Both the position numbers and the translations under genes were made by a program. The notes under the pieces were generated by a model that worked only from the letters and a program-made list of their open reading frames with translations, was not told the DNA's origin and did no database searches. From Tubiluchus corallicola (lineage: Eukaryota > Animalia > Priapulida), in assembly GCA_030141605.1 (NCBI GenBank), contig JAQGDQ010002486.1, positions 1 through 19,465 of the forward strand: 19,465 nucleotides of DNA. Direction: 5' to 3'. Shown here piece by piece: positions 1 through 8,599 of this stretch. Position 1 is the first letter of the stretch; the number at the start of each line of letters is the position of its first letter.

Positions 1-597
1 GGCATCTCCATAGTCTATGTCTTCAATTAAAGATATTTCATAATCTTCTACCTCTCCACTTGAAGCTAATCCTATAGGGACATTACACTCATCTGTTGAG
101 GTACAATACCTAAATCTTGCATAAGTTACTCTTGGGGTTTGTGATGAAGGTATTTCAATATTTATTGTTCTTGAACCTCCAAAGATTAACTCATCATCTA
201 TTACTTGCTCACCTGTATCAAATCTACCATTTCCATTAAAATCTATCCAAGCACTTAAAACTCCTCCATTACCTGATACGCTTATTTCTAGTGGAATTGT
301 TTCCCCTATTAAAAGTTTTTGGCCTTGTAATGACACTCCACCTAAGTTTACTCCATCGTCTCCGTCGTCATCTGTGGCATTTTCACTTTCATCTATTCCG
401 TTAGAAAACCCATCTGTATCATCTGTTATTCTTTCTCCTAAAAAATTGACACCATCATTAACGTGTCTTGGACCATCATCTGCTAATAATGTGCTATAAC
501 TTTCTGGTGCATCTCCAAAATCATCTCCTAAAATTATTTGTCCTATAAAAAATACACATAGCATTAATATTAGATAAATAATTTTTTTGCTTTTCAC
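1..597 (-). CDS. Secreted GEVED-domain (CshA-like, DxGDAP...GEVED) adhesin-like surface protein, 5' part only; runs off the window edge
   Basis: Absent from the ORF track because no stop codon lies in the window. GTG at 597 is preceded by AAGGAG-N6. It translates as MKSKKIIYLILMLCVFFIGQIILG (signal-peptide-like), then DDFGDAPESYSTLLADDGPRH...AWIDFNGNGRFDTGEQV...TYARFRY...SSGEVEDYEI, and a second unit starts DYGDA at the edge. Confidence 0.85.
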   Translation of the reverse strand, partial: MKSKKIIYLILMLCVFFIGQIILGDDFGDAPESYSTLLADDGPRHVNDGVNFLGERITDDTDGFSNGIDESENATDDDGDDGVNLGGVSLQGQKLLIGETIPLEISVSGNGGVLSAWIDFNGNGRFDTGEQVIDDELIFGGSRTINIEIPSSQTPRVTYARFRYCTSTDECNVPIGLASSGEVEDYEISLIEDIDYGDA

Positions 598-828
598 ATT
601 AATCTCCTTAAATATAAAATTTTTTTTATTAATAGGTATACCCATTTTTGCCTCCTTGAAAATACAAAAGCTATATAATTTTCTAAATCTTTAATAAAAA
701 CCTGCTTAAATAATATTTATAAGTGTAAATTCAATCCCTCAATTTATAATATGTTATAAAGCTTTGAGAGATAGCGTAAAATTTAGAGTTACAATTAATT
801 GAATATTATTCATTTGAATATAGGGATA

Positions 829-933
829 TCAGAGGTTTTTTGCAAAATCATTTTTTAACACACAGAAGTGTCGAAATAAAAATTGGACAAAAAAGTTGTC
901 CAAATAATGTTTACAAATAGAAAGTTTAATCAT
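829..933 (-). CDS. Possible 34-aa small ORF (MIKLSICKHYLDNFFVQFLFRHFCVLKNDFAKNL)
   Basis: A strong RBS (AAAGGAGGG) lies 7 nt before the ATG at 933, and TGA is at 829-831. I recognise no homology. Confidence 0.25.
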   Translation of the reverse strand: MIKLSICKHYLDNFFVQFLFRHFCVLKNDFAKNL

Positions 934-1654
934 ACATAGTCCCTCCTTTGTTGTTATTTGTAGAAGTTGTAGAGGCTTTGAAAGCTACTTAATATTATTA
1001 AATGAATATTATCAATTGAAAATTTTAAATGTATAACGTTTCTTATATAAAATTTTGTACAAATTTAATGTTCTTTTTACAAAAATAACTTATTTTATTT
1101 TTATTAACATTGAATTTTTAGTTTTTTTTTTAAAAAGTAAAAAAAAAATTATTGACAACATTTTTTTACTTTTTACTACTTTTTTATTAAGGTTAATTCA
1201 AAAAATTCAAAATTTTGAAATAAAAAAAAAAGCATACATTAATGTATAAAATCTTTTTTATTTTAATTATTTGTTTTTGGTTTTTATAAAAAAACTATTA
1301 TTATCTATAAATAAATATTGTAAAATCATAATTTAATTTCAAAAATATCGTCAATTTTTTAAAATTTCACCTCAAAAAAAGAGATCTGTATTAACTAAAA
1401 AATTCGCACAACAAAAAAGTTTACTATTCTTTTTAAGGAAATTTATTTTTTACAATTTTTGATTATTAATTTTTGTAAAATATTCATTTCCATTTTAGTA
1501 CAATTAAAATTGTGCGCTTGTCAATAAGAATTTGTAAAATTAAATTCTACAAATAAATTTTTATTATATTTTAATTTATTTATTTTTATATACACTTAGT
1601 CAAACATAAATATTTTTTATTTTAAAAGCTATTATTTAATTTTATTTCTAATAA

Positions 1655-1687
1655 AAAAAAGCTATAGCCTATAGCCATAGCTTTTTT
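1655..1687. terminator. Intrinsic terminator downstream of nrdJ (A/T tracts on both sides)
   Basis: The minus strand reads AAAAAAGCTATGGC-TATAG-GCTATAGCTTTTTTTT, about 10 nt after the alternative-frame nrdJ stop at 1697. Confidence 0.75.
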
Positions 1688-1749
1688 CACTTATTCTTAA
1701 TCACATTTTGAATATCCACAGGTTCTACAAGAATAATTCCTTGAAATTT

Positions 1750-3945
1750 CTAATTTTCTTGATATATACTACATATTAACTTATTATCTTTAGATTTTAT
1801 AATTAGTTTTTTTTCATGAGTATCTTTATCATTCTTTATAAGTTCCATTAATTGCATTTTTTTAGCAACTTCATAGTCATTAAGATCCATACTTTTTTCA
1901 AATTCTTTTATTGCGTACAATATAGCTGAAGAACACGTACTTCCTTTTGATAACTTTTTTTCCTTATTAAATCTTGCCATAGCAAATGAAGTACAACCAC
2001 TTATCCCCTCTATTGCTTTGTCTAACATAAACAAATTTCCTCCAAGTCTCAATATTCCAGACATATAAATTACTGTAGATTGTATATTTTTTTCACAACC
2101 ACCTAAACCGCTTTTTATTACATAAAGATCTTGTATTCTTCTTTCTAATGTAGAGTAACCTATCATTAGCTTCAATTTTCCACATCCTATATGTATCTTT
2201 TTTGGATAATATACAGTATCTTTAGCTATTGGCTTTAAATCTCCTCTTACTAGATCTTTCGTTTTTTTTACACTTAATATTCCTTCCCTTGCTCCACCTG
2301 ATCTATAAATTGTAATTCCTTTAAGACCTTCTTTCCAGGCTGCAATATATATCTTTTCTACATCTTCAACTGTTGACTTAGAGGTTAAATTTATTGTTGA
2401 AGATATGCTAGCATCAATTCTTTTTTGCCAGACTCCTTGCATTTTCACCCTATTAAAAGGATCCAAATTTTGCGCTGTTACAAATATGTCAGGAAGGTCT
2501 TTTTCCTTTTTAATATTATGTTTTTCCATATATTCTTTTACAATTGGCGTGTAAATAGTGTAAAATCTATCTTCTTTATGCAAACTTTCTGTTTTTCTAG
2601 TATAAGAAAATGCAAAGTTTGGTTCTATCCCTGTACTAGTTTCAAGCATTGTTCCTATGCTTCCTGTAGGTGCAATAGTTAAAAGCTGTGAATTTCTAAG
2701 CCCATATTTTTTTATTAAATCATAAGTTTCATTTGAAGAATTTTCAATTAAAAATGGCGATTTTAACACATACTCAGAATTATAATTTGGGTAGCTTCCA
2801 TATTGTTTTGATAAAAGAGCACTTTCTTTTAAAGCACTATCTATTATTGTTTTTGATATAAAATCACAAACCTCAAAAGACTCTGCACTTCCATACTTTA
2901 AGCCTAGTCTTATAAGCATGTCTCCTACACCTAAAACACCTAGCCCTATTTGCCTCCAAGCCTTTACAGATTCTCTTTGTATTTCTAAAGGGTGTAAATC
3001 AAGACCTTCATCAAGCACATCATTTAAGGCCCTAATAGATATTTTTATAACTTTTTTTAGCTTTTCATAATCAAAAATACCATCTTTTACAAAAGTAGGA
3101 AGTATTATAGAGCCAAGCAAGCAAGACCCACCTGCAGGCAAAGGTTCTTCTGCGCATGGGTTTGTTCCTGCATATTCAAATTGTGGGTCTTCACTTAATA
3201 AGTTCCAATTTGAAATTCTATCCCAAAATAAAATGCCTGGTTCTGCATAATTCCAGTTTTTATAAGAAATTTCCTTAAATAAAGATAAGGAGTCAATTTC
3301 TCTTCTTATACACTCTTCAGAATTTTTTATTTTAAATTCAGTTAAAAAAGGTTTTTTATTTTCAACAGCGTTCATAAATTCATCACTAACTCTTATAGAT
3401 ATATTAGCTCTTTGCATACTGTCTAAATTTGATTTTATTTTTATAAATTCATCAATATCTGGATGTTTTATATCAATTGATAACATCAAAGCTCCTCTTC
3501 TACCATGTTGTCCTATTATTTCTGTAGTTAAGTTATATAAATTCATAAAAGAGACTGCCCCAGTTGTTGTTTTTGCTGCATTATTTACTTTAGCTCCATT
3601 AGGACGCAAATTAGATATATCTACTCCACACCCTCCTCCATAAGAATAAGTCTTTGCAAGTTGTTTTGCTGTCTCAAAAATTGATTCTATATTGTCTTCA
3701 GGTTTTGGCAGTACATAGCAATTGGAATAGGTCACTTTTTTTCCTTGCTTATATAATCCTCTATTGGAAAGTATCCTTCCTGCAAAAATAAATTCCTTAT
3801 TAAAAATAGTATCTTTAATTTCCTGATCTTTACCTGCAACTCGTTCCAGCCAGTCTGTAAAAGACTCATTTTCATATCTATATTTGTTTTTCCATATATC
3901 TATACCTAATTTATTTTCTTTTCCTAACCACTGTTTTATATTCAT
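1750..3945 (-). CDS. nrdJ: Adenosylcobalamin-dependent (class II) ribonucleotide reductase with C-terminal TSCPD-like region; terminal Cys tail is out of frame (1697-1752)
   Basis: Motifs are SNCYVL, GGGCG, RRGALM, TNPCAE, RQIGLG, TIAPTG, SISSTINL and GLKGITIYR. There is no ATP cone and no adjacent nrdB/nrdF. The start is placed at ATG 3945 (GGAGTGA-N5-ATG). Confidence 0.9.
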   Translation of the reverse strand: MNIKQWLGKENKLGIDIWKNKYRYENESFTDWLERVAGKDQEIKDTIFNKEFIFAGRILSNRGLYKQGKKVTYSNCYVLPKPEDNIESIFETAKQLAKTYSYGGGCGVDISNLRPNGAKVNNAAKTTTGAVSFMNLYNLTTEIIGQHGRRGALMLSIDIKHPDIDEFIKIKSNLDSMQRANISIRVSDEFMNAVENKKPFLTEFKIKNSEECIRREIDSLSLFKEISYKNWNYAEPGILFWDRISNWNLLSEDPQFEYAGTNPCAEEPLPAGGSCLLGSIILPTFVKDGIFDYEKLKKVIKISIRALNDVLDEGLDLHPLEIQRESVKAWRQIGLGVLGVGDMLIRLGLKYGSAESFEVCDFISKTIIDSALKESALLSKQYGSYPNYNSEYVLKSPFLIENSSNETYDLIKKYGLRNSQLLTIAPTGSIGTMLETSTGIEPNFAFSYTRKTESLHKEDRFYTIYTPIVKEYMEKHNIKKEKDLPDIFVTAQNLDPFNRVKMQGVWQKRIDASISSTINLTSKSTVEDVEKIYIAAWKEGLKGITIYRSGGAREGILSVKKTKDLVRGDLKPIAKDTVYYPKKIHIGCGKLKLMIGYSTLERRIQDLYVIKSGLGGCEKNIQSTVIYMSGILRLGGNLFMLDKAIEGISGCTSFAMARFNKEKKLSKGSTCSSAILYAIKEFEKSMDLNDYEVAKKMQLMELIKNDKDTHEKKLIIKSKDNKLICSIYQEN

Positions 3946-4094
3946 TAATATCACTCCATTTTATGTAACTAACTCTTACATCACCTAAAATATATCTTTT
4001 TATTGCTATTTTTCTACATATTGAAACCATATGAATCATAAAAATATTTTTATACAAATTATAGTTAATATAAAACAGTATTACTAATAAAGTT

Positions 4095-4964
4095 TTACAG
4101 TATATTTTTTATAACTCTTTTTAAAGATAAAGAAGCATCATACACTTCTTTTTTTTGTATTTTATATTTCTTAGAAACAATAGCTATAGCTTCTTTTACA
4201 CTTACATCATTTTTTACCATTTCTTCTATTAGATATGCTTCAAGTGTTATTTTTTTATCTTTATTACTTACATTTTTTTCTTTATCTTTATTTAAATTAA
4301 TAACAATAGTATACTCCCCTTTTTCTTTTTTTGGATTTTTACTTACTTCTTTAAGTATATCTTTTATATTTCCAAAATATATTCTCTCATAATACTTTGT
4401 TAAATCATTACAAAGACATGCTTTAACTTCTGAATTAATATCATTTATAGCCTCTAATAGTTTTTCTATTCTTTTAGGAGATTCATAAAGTACCACTGTT
4501 TTTACTGGAGCGTCTAAAACTTCTTTTAGCTTCTTTATAAACAAAGCATTTTTCTTAGGTAAAAATCCGTAAAATGCAAAAGTACTTGTATCTAAGCCCG
4601 CAACAGATAAAGCAATACTGAGTGCTGATGCTCCAGAGATTCCTATTACATCAATGTTTTTTTCTCTAGCCTCTTTAACTAGTTCATAGCCTGGATCTGA
4701 AATACATGGAGTTCCTGCATCTGTTACTAGTGCAATATTTTTATCTTCATTTTCTATTTTTGCAAAATTTCTTTTTTTAGTATTTTCATTATGTCTATGA
4801 TAAGAAATAGTCGTTTTTTTTATATTGAAATGATTTAATAGCTTTAATGTTGTTCTAGTGTCTTCTGCAGCAATAATATCACACTGTTCCAAAGTTTTTA
4901 AGGCTCTTATTGATATGTCTTCTAAGTTTCCAATTGGAGTTGGAACAATAAATAAACTTGCCAT
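4095..4964 (-). CDS. rsmI: 16S rRNA (cytidine1402-2'-O)-methyltransferase
   Basis: Motifs are LFIVPTPIGNLEDIS, AAEDTR, LVTDAGTPCISDPG, YESPKRI and KGEY. The true start is probably ATG 4964 (AAGGGAGA upstream), because the 35-codon extension in the ORF track overlaps a terminator. Confidence 0.93.
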   Translation of the reverse strand: MASLFIVPTPIGNLEDISIRALKTLEQCDIIAAEDTRTTLKLLNHFNIKKTTISYHRHNENTKKRNFAKIENEDKNIALVTDAGTPCISDPGYELVKEAREKNIDVIGISGASALSIALSVAGLDTSTFAFYGFLPKKNALFIKKLKEVLDAPVKTVVLYESPKRIEKLLEAINDINSEVKACLCNDLTKYYERIYFGNIKDILKEVSKNPKKEKGEYTIVINLNKDKEKNVSNKDKKITLEAYLIEEMVKNDVSVKEAIAIVSKKYKIQKKEVYDASLSLKRVIKNIL

Positions 4965-5040
4965 CTCACGTCTCCCTTTGCTATAAGTTTTCTGCATGCT
5001 AGGTAGCTTCCTTACACTTGAAGTTTTATAAAATATAGAG

Positions 5041-5068
5041 AAAAAAGAGCATTTTTTCAGCTCTTTCA
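5041..5068 (-). terminator. Intrinsic terminator after the nitroreductase gene
   Basis: The minus strand reads GAAAGAGC-TGAAAAAAT-GCTCTTTTTT. Confidence 0.55.
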
Positions 5069-5083
5069 AAATTTATTTCTACA

Positions 5084-5902
5084 TCATTTTATAACTTTTA
5101 CTTTTAGATCACTTTCTCGCTGAACTCCACGGACATGTCCATATTTTGCTTTACCTAAAAGTAAGGCAAATCCATATATATGATCTTCAGGTATTTTTAG
5201 GTCTTTTTTTATATCTGGAATCAAATCAAAAATATATCTTAGATCAACCCACAAAGTGCCTATCCCCATATTTTGAGCAAGCAAGTCAACGTAAGACAAA
5301 TTTATAATTGAATTAATATTTCCTGACTTTGCAAATTCATTGGTCACTACTAACATATGAGGGGCGTTTTTAAAGAATATATCTTCATTTTTTTCTTTAG
5401 CATGCAGCATTTCTTTGACTAATTCATAATAATTATTAGATTTTTCCATTTCTTTATATATATTACTAAGCTGGTTATACCATTTTTCTTTAAGCGTATT
5501 AAATACAGTTCTATTTTTAATTAAAAAATAATGTACTTTTCTAGAATTATTACTAGTTGGCGCATGTATAGCTGTTGATAGTATATTAGTTAAAACATCA
5601 TCTGGAATATTTTCAGATTTAAATTTTCTTATTGACCTTCTACCTTTCATAAGGTTTTTTATTTTTTCAATTTCTGGATATTCTAAATGTACACTATCTT
5701 TAGGGTTTTTTCCTAAAATTGATAATGCTCCCTTTGGACATATAGCTAGACAATGCTGACATTTTATGCATTTTTTTTCATTTTCATTTTTTATGTATGG
5801 AAATTCACTGCTTGACGCCCACTCTATTATATTTAGTGGACAATCTATTCCACATAAGTTACATTTTATACACAAATCTTCATTTATTTTAAAATTTATC
5901 AT
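5084..5902 (-). CDS. Nitroreductase family protein with N-terminal 2x[4Fe-4S] ferredoxin domain
   Basis: Cys motifs CIKCNLCGIDCP and CIKCQHCLAICP, followed by the nitroreductase motifs RRSIRKF, HAPTSNN and GIGTLW. Confidence 0.9.
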   Translation of the reverse strand: MINFKINEDLCIKCNLCGIDCPLNIIEWASSSEFPYIKNENEKKCIKCQHCLAICPKGALSILGKNPKDSVHLEYPEIEKIKNLMKGRRSIRKFKSENIPDDVLTNILSTAIHAPTSNNSRKVHYFLIKNRTVFNTLKEKWYNQLSNIYKEMEKSNNYYELVKEMLHAKEKNEDIFFKNAPHMLVVTNEFAKSGNINSIINLSYVDLLAQNMGIGTLWVDLRYIFDLIPDIKKDLKIPEDHIYGFALLLGKAKYGHVRGVQRESDLKVKVIK

Positions 5903-5924
5903 TCCCCACTCCCTTAAAGATAAA

Positions 5925-6794
5925 CTATATACCTCTTAAAGCCAAAGCAATAGCCCCCGTTATACCTGCATTATCTTTTAATTTAGGATTTACAATGTAA
6001 CTATCTATATCTTTTATTATCTCATCTTTGTCAACATAGTTATTTAATAGCTTTAATACTTGTTTTCTAATAAGTGGAAAGAGCTGACTTTGTTTCATAA
6101 CTCCCCCTCCTAAAATTATTTTTTTTGGAGAAAGAATCAGTATATAGTTAACTAACGCTTGTGCAAGATAATAAGACTCTATTTCCCACACCTTAGTATC
6201 ATTTGACAAATCAATAGCTTTTTTTCCCCATCTTTTTTCAATAGCTGGTCCACTTGCCATACCTTCCAAGCAATCTTTATGATATGGGCAACTTCCTTCA
6301 AAAGTATCATCTGGATGCCTTCTTATCTGGATATGGCCCATTTCAGGGTGTAATAAACCATGCACTAATACACCATCTGTATATATTCCTCCTCCAATTC
6401 CAGTTCCAACAGTCAAATATATGCAATTTTCTACCTCTTTAGCTGCCCCCCATTTCACTTCACCTAAAGCAGCTCCATTTACATCTGTGTCAAAAGTAAT
6501 TGGTATATCGAAATACTTTTCTAGCTCTCCAACAATATTATAATTGCTCCAATAAGGTTTTGGTGTAGTAGTTATGTACCCATATGTCAATGAATTTACA
6601 TCTGGATCAATTGGCCCAAATGATGCTACTCCTAAAGCTTCTATATCTTTATTTTTATAAAACTCAATTACTCTTTTCATTGTTTCCTCTGGAGTTGTTG
6701 TGAGAAAAGATATTCTCTCCTTTATATTGCCTTTTTCATCACCAACTGCACAAACAAATTTTGTTCCTCCAGCCTCTATTCCTCCAATTATCAT
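5925..6794 (-). CDS. scrK: ROK-family fructokinase (ScrK/GmuE-like)
   Basis: Motifs are GGIEAGGTKFVCAVG, FGPID, DTDVNGAALGE, TVGTGIGGG, HPEMGH and CPYHKDCLEG. Confidence 0.88.
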   Translation of the reverse strand: MIIGGIEAGGTKFVCAVGDEKGNIKERISFLTTTPEETMKRVIEFYKNKDIEALGVASFGPIDPDVNSLTYGYITTTPKPYWSNYNIVGELEKYFDIPITFDTDVNGAALGEVKWGAAKEVENCIYLTVGTGIGGGIYTDGVLVHGLLHPEMGHIQIRRHPDDTFEGSCPYHKDCLEGMASGPAIEKRWGKKAIDLSNDTKVWEIESYYLAQALVNYILILSPKKIILGGGVMKQSQLFPLIRKQVLKLLNNYVDKDEIIKDIDSYIVNPKLKDNAGITGAIALALRGI

Positions 6795-6810
6795 TATATC
6801 ACCTCTACTA

Positions 6811-7782
6811 TTAGTAATAACTTTTTATTATCTCTAAGGTTCCACTTAGCTCTACTTGAATATTAGCTGGGATAAACCATGTCTCTCCTTTAAAAACTCT
6901 ATAAATTTCATTATTATATTTCATTATACCATTTCCAGAAATTATTGAATAAATATTAAAATGTTTTATTTCTTTTTCTAAATATCTATCTTTTATGTTG
7001 AGTTTGTCTAAATTAAAATAACTTCCTCTTATTAATTCCTCATATGAGTATGTTCCGCAATCTATTTTTTTTCTAGATTCATTTGTTGAAATCTCAGGTA
7101 CCATTTCAAAATCTATTACATCAAGAGCTTTATCAATATGCAGCTCTCTTGGTTTTCCATTAACTAATCTGTCAAAATCATATAACCTATATGTTGTATC
7201 TGAGTTTTGCTGCGTTTCACAAAATAAAACACTTCCTTCTATACTTGCATGTACTAATCCAGGCTTTAAATTTATAAAATCACCTTTCTTTATATTTATG
7301 ACATTAAATACACTGAAAAAGTCATCAGATTTTATTTTTTTTTCAAATTCCTCTTTATTTATACCTTTATTAATTCCTAAAATTAATTTTGCATCATCGC
7401 TAGCTCCCATTATATACCAACATTCTGACTTACCAGGTTCTTTTTCAATTTCATAAGCATATTTATCACTAGGATGTACTTGAACTGAAAGTTTATCATT
7501 TACATCAAGGTATTTAATTAAAATTGGAAATTTATTTTTACATTTTAAGTAAACATCTTTACCAACTAGCTTTTCCTTATATGTTGTTAATAATTCTTGT
7601 AGAGTTTTTCCAGCTAATTTTCCTTGAGACACTATACTCATTCCATTTTTATGAGATGACACCTCCCAAGATTCTCCATACTTTTTTTCATTTGGAAGTT
7701 CCATGTTTAAACACTTTTCAAATGCTCTTCCACCCCATATTTTTTCTTTAAACACTTTTTCAAATTTTAATGGATATAACAT
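6811..7782 (-). CDS. manA: Mannose-6-phosphate isomerase, class I (cupin)
   Basis: Motifs are KIWGG, GESWE, FPILIK, LSVQVHP, KSECWY and QQNSDTTYRLYD. The start is probably ATG 7782 after AAAGGTGG (the ORF track starts at 7800). Confidence 0.9.
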   Translation of the reverse strand: MLYPLKFEKVFKEKIWGGRAFEKCLNMELPNEKKYGESWEVSSHKNGMSIVSQGKLAGKTLQELLTTYKEKLVGKDVYLKCKNKFPILIKYLDVNDKLSVQVHPSDKYAYEIEKEPGKSECWYIMGASDDAKLILGINKGINKEEFEKKIKSDDFFSVFNVINIKKGDFINLKPGLVHASIEGSVLFCETQQNSDTTYRLYDFDRLVNGKPRELHIDKALDVIDFEMVPEISTNESRKKIDCGTYSYEELIRGSYFNLDKLNIKDRYLEKEIKHFNIYSIISGNGIMKYNNEIYRVFKGETWFIPANIQVELSGTLEIIKSYY

Positions 7783-7812
7783 AATACCACCTTTTTTCAT
7801 TTTATATAATAC

Positions 7813-7841
7813 AAGATATCACATTTAATAGTAAAAATCAA
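7813..7841 (-). promoter_or_regulatory. Putative sigma70 promoter for manA-scrK-nitroreductase
   Basis: TTGATT-N17-TATCTT with a TG extended -10. Confidence 0.35.
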
Positions 7842-7908
7842 TGTTCATACTTAATAGTTTATTTCAAATTAAAAATATCATATTTATCATGTATATATAC
7901 TATATTTC

Positions 7909-7937
7909 TTTACATTTTCTGCATTTTATAATACAAT
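7909..7937 (+). promoter_or_regulatory. Putative sigma70 promoter for rlpA
   Basis: TTTACA-N17-TACAAT. Confidence 0.4.
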
Positions 7938-7999
7938 ATGAAAAATATTGTATTATTTATTTTATAAAATTTTATAATTAATAAAGAAAAGAGGAAGCT

Positions 8000-8503
8000 A
8001 TGCTAAAGACATTAACTATATTTTTTATATTAGTTTTATTTTCTATTTCTACGTCTAAAGTTAAAAGCAAGTTATACACAGACTATATAAAAGAAAAAAA
8101 AGTAGCACTAGCTATTCAGACAGTGTCAAGGCCTCCTGTTATAGAAAGTAACAACCTAACAACAAAGTACTCTAAAGGTCATGCATTAAGAGGAAAAGCT
8201 TCTTGGTATGGCGGCTTTTTCAATGGAAGATTAACTGCTAGTGGTGAAAGATATAATGTAAGCGAATTAACTGCAGCACATAAAACCCTTCCTTTTGGGA
8301 CTATAGTTAAGGCAATAAATCCAGAAAATGGTAAATCAGTTACTGTTAAAATAAATGATCGAGGCCCATATATTGCAGGAAGAGTCATTGACTTAAGCCC
8401 TGCTGCTTTTAAAAAAATCGCTTCTATTTCTCAAGGAATTGTACCTATAGAAATAGAAATTTTAAACGATGATAATCTTTTCAGATATAAACACGGGCTG
8501 TAA
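8000..8503 (+). CDS. rlpA: RlpA-family septal ring lytic transglycosylase (DPBB domain, no SPOR domain)
   Basis: Motifs are [31 protein letters not shown] and RVIDLS. There is an N-terminal hydrophobic signal and the RBS GAGGA. Confidence 0.92.
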   Translation: MLKTLTIFFILVLFSISTSKVKSKLYTDYIKEKKVALAIQTVSRPPVIESNNLTTKYSKGHALRGKASWYGGFFNGRLTASGERYNVSELTAAHKTLPFGTIVKAINPENGKSVTVKINDRGPYIAGRVIDLSPAAFKKIASISQGIVPIEIEILNDDNLFRYKHGL

Positions 8504-8538
8504 TAGAAAACTATTTTAGTTTTGTTTAAAGTATAAGT

Positions 8539-8580
8539 ATAGAAACCAAGATTAAACTTATTTTCTAGGTTTCTATTTTT
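8539..8580 (+). terminator. Possible terminator hairpin after rlpA
   Basis: ATAGAAACC (8539-8547) pairs with GGTTTCTAT (8568-8576) and is followed by TTTT. The loop is large. Confidence 0.35.
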
Positions 8581-8599
8581 AATTGAGAGGTATTTTATA

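Noticed and set aside
1055-1249. 64-aa ORF on +
   Set aside because: It has a TTG start without an RBS and an F/K/I composition that simply reflects poly-T/poly-A low-complexity DNA.
1750-3945. nrdJ together with dCMP deaminase as a sign of a prophage
   Set aside because: Both sit among ordinary housekeeping genes, and the window has no integrase, structural genes or att-like repeats.
4755-4780. rsmI segment KKRNFAKIE could be KKEILQKIE with compensating +1/-1 changes in two A-runs
   Set aside because: The frame is intact overall, and this cannot be distinguished from ordinary divergence without reads or orthologs.
4965-5069. 35-aa N-terminal extension of RsmI in the ORF track
   Set aside because: It overlaps a terminator, and the family N-terminus and an RBS point to ATG 4964.
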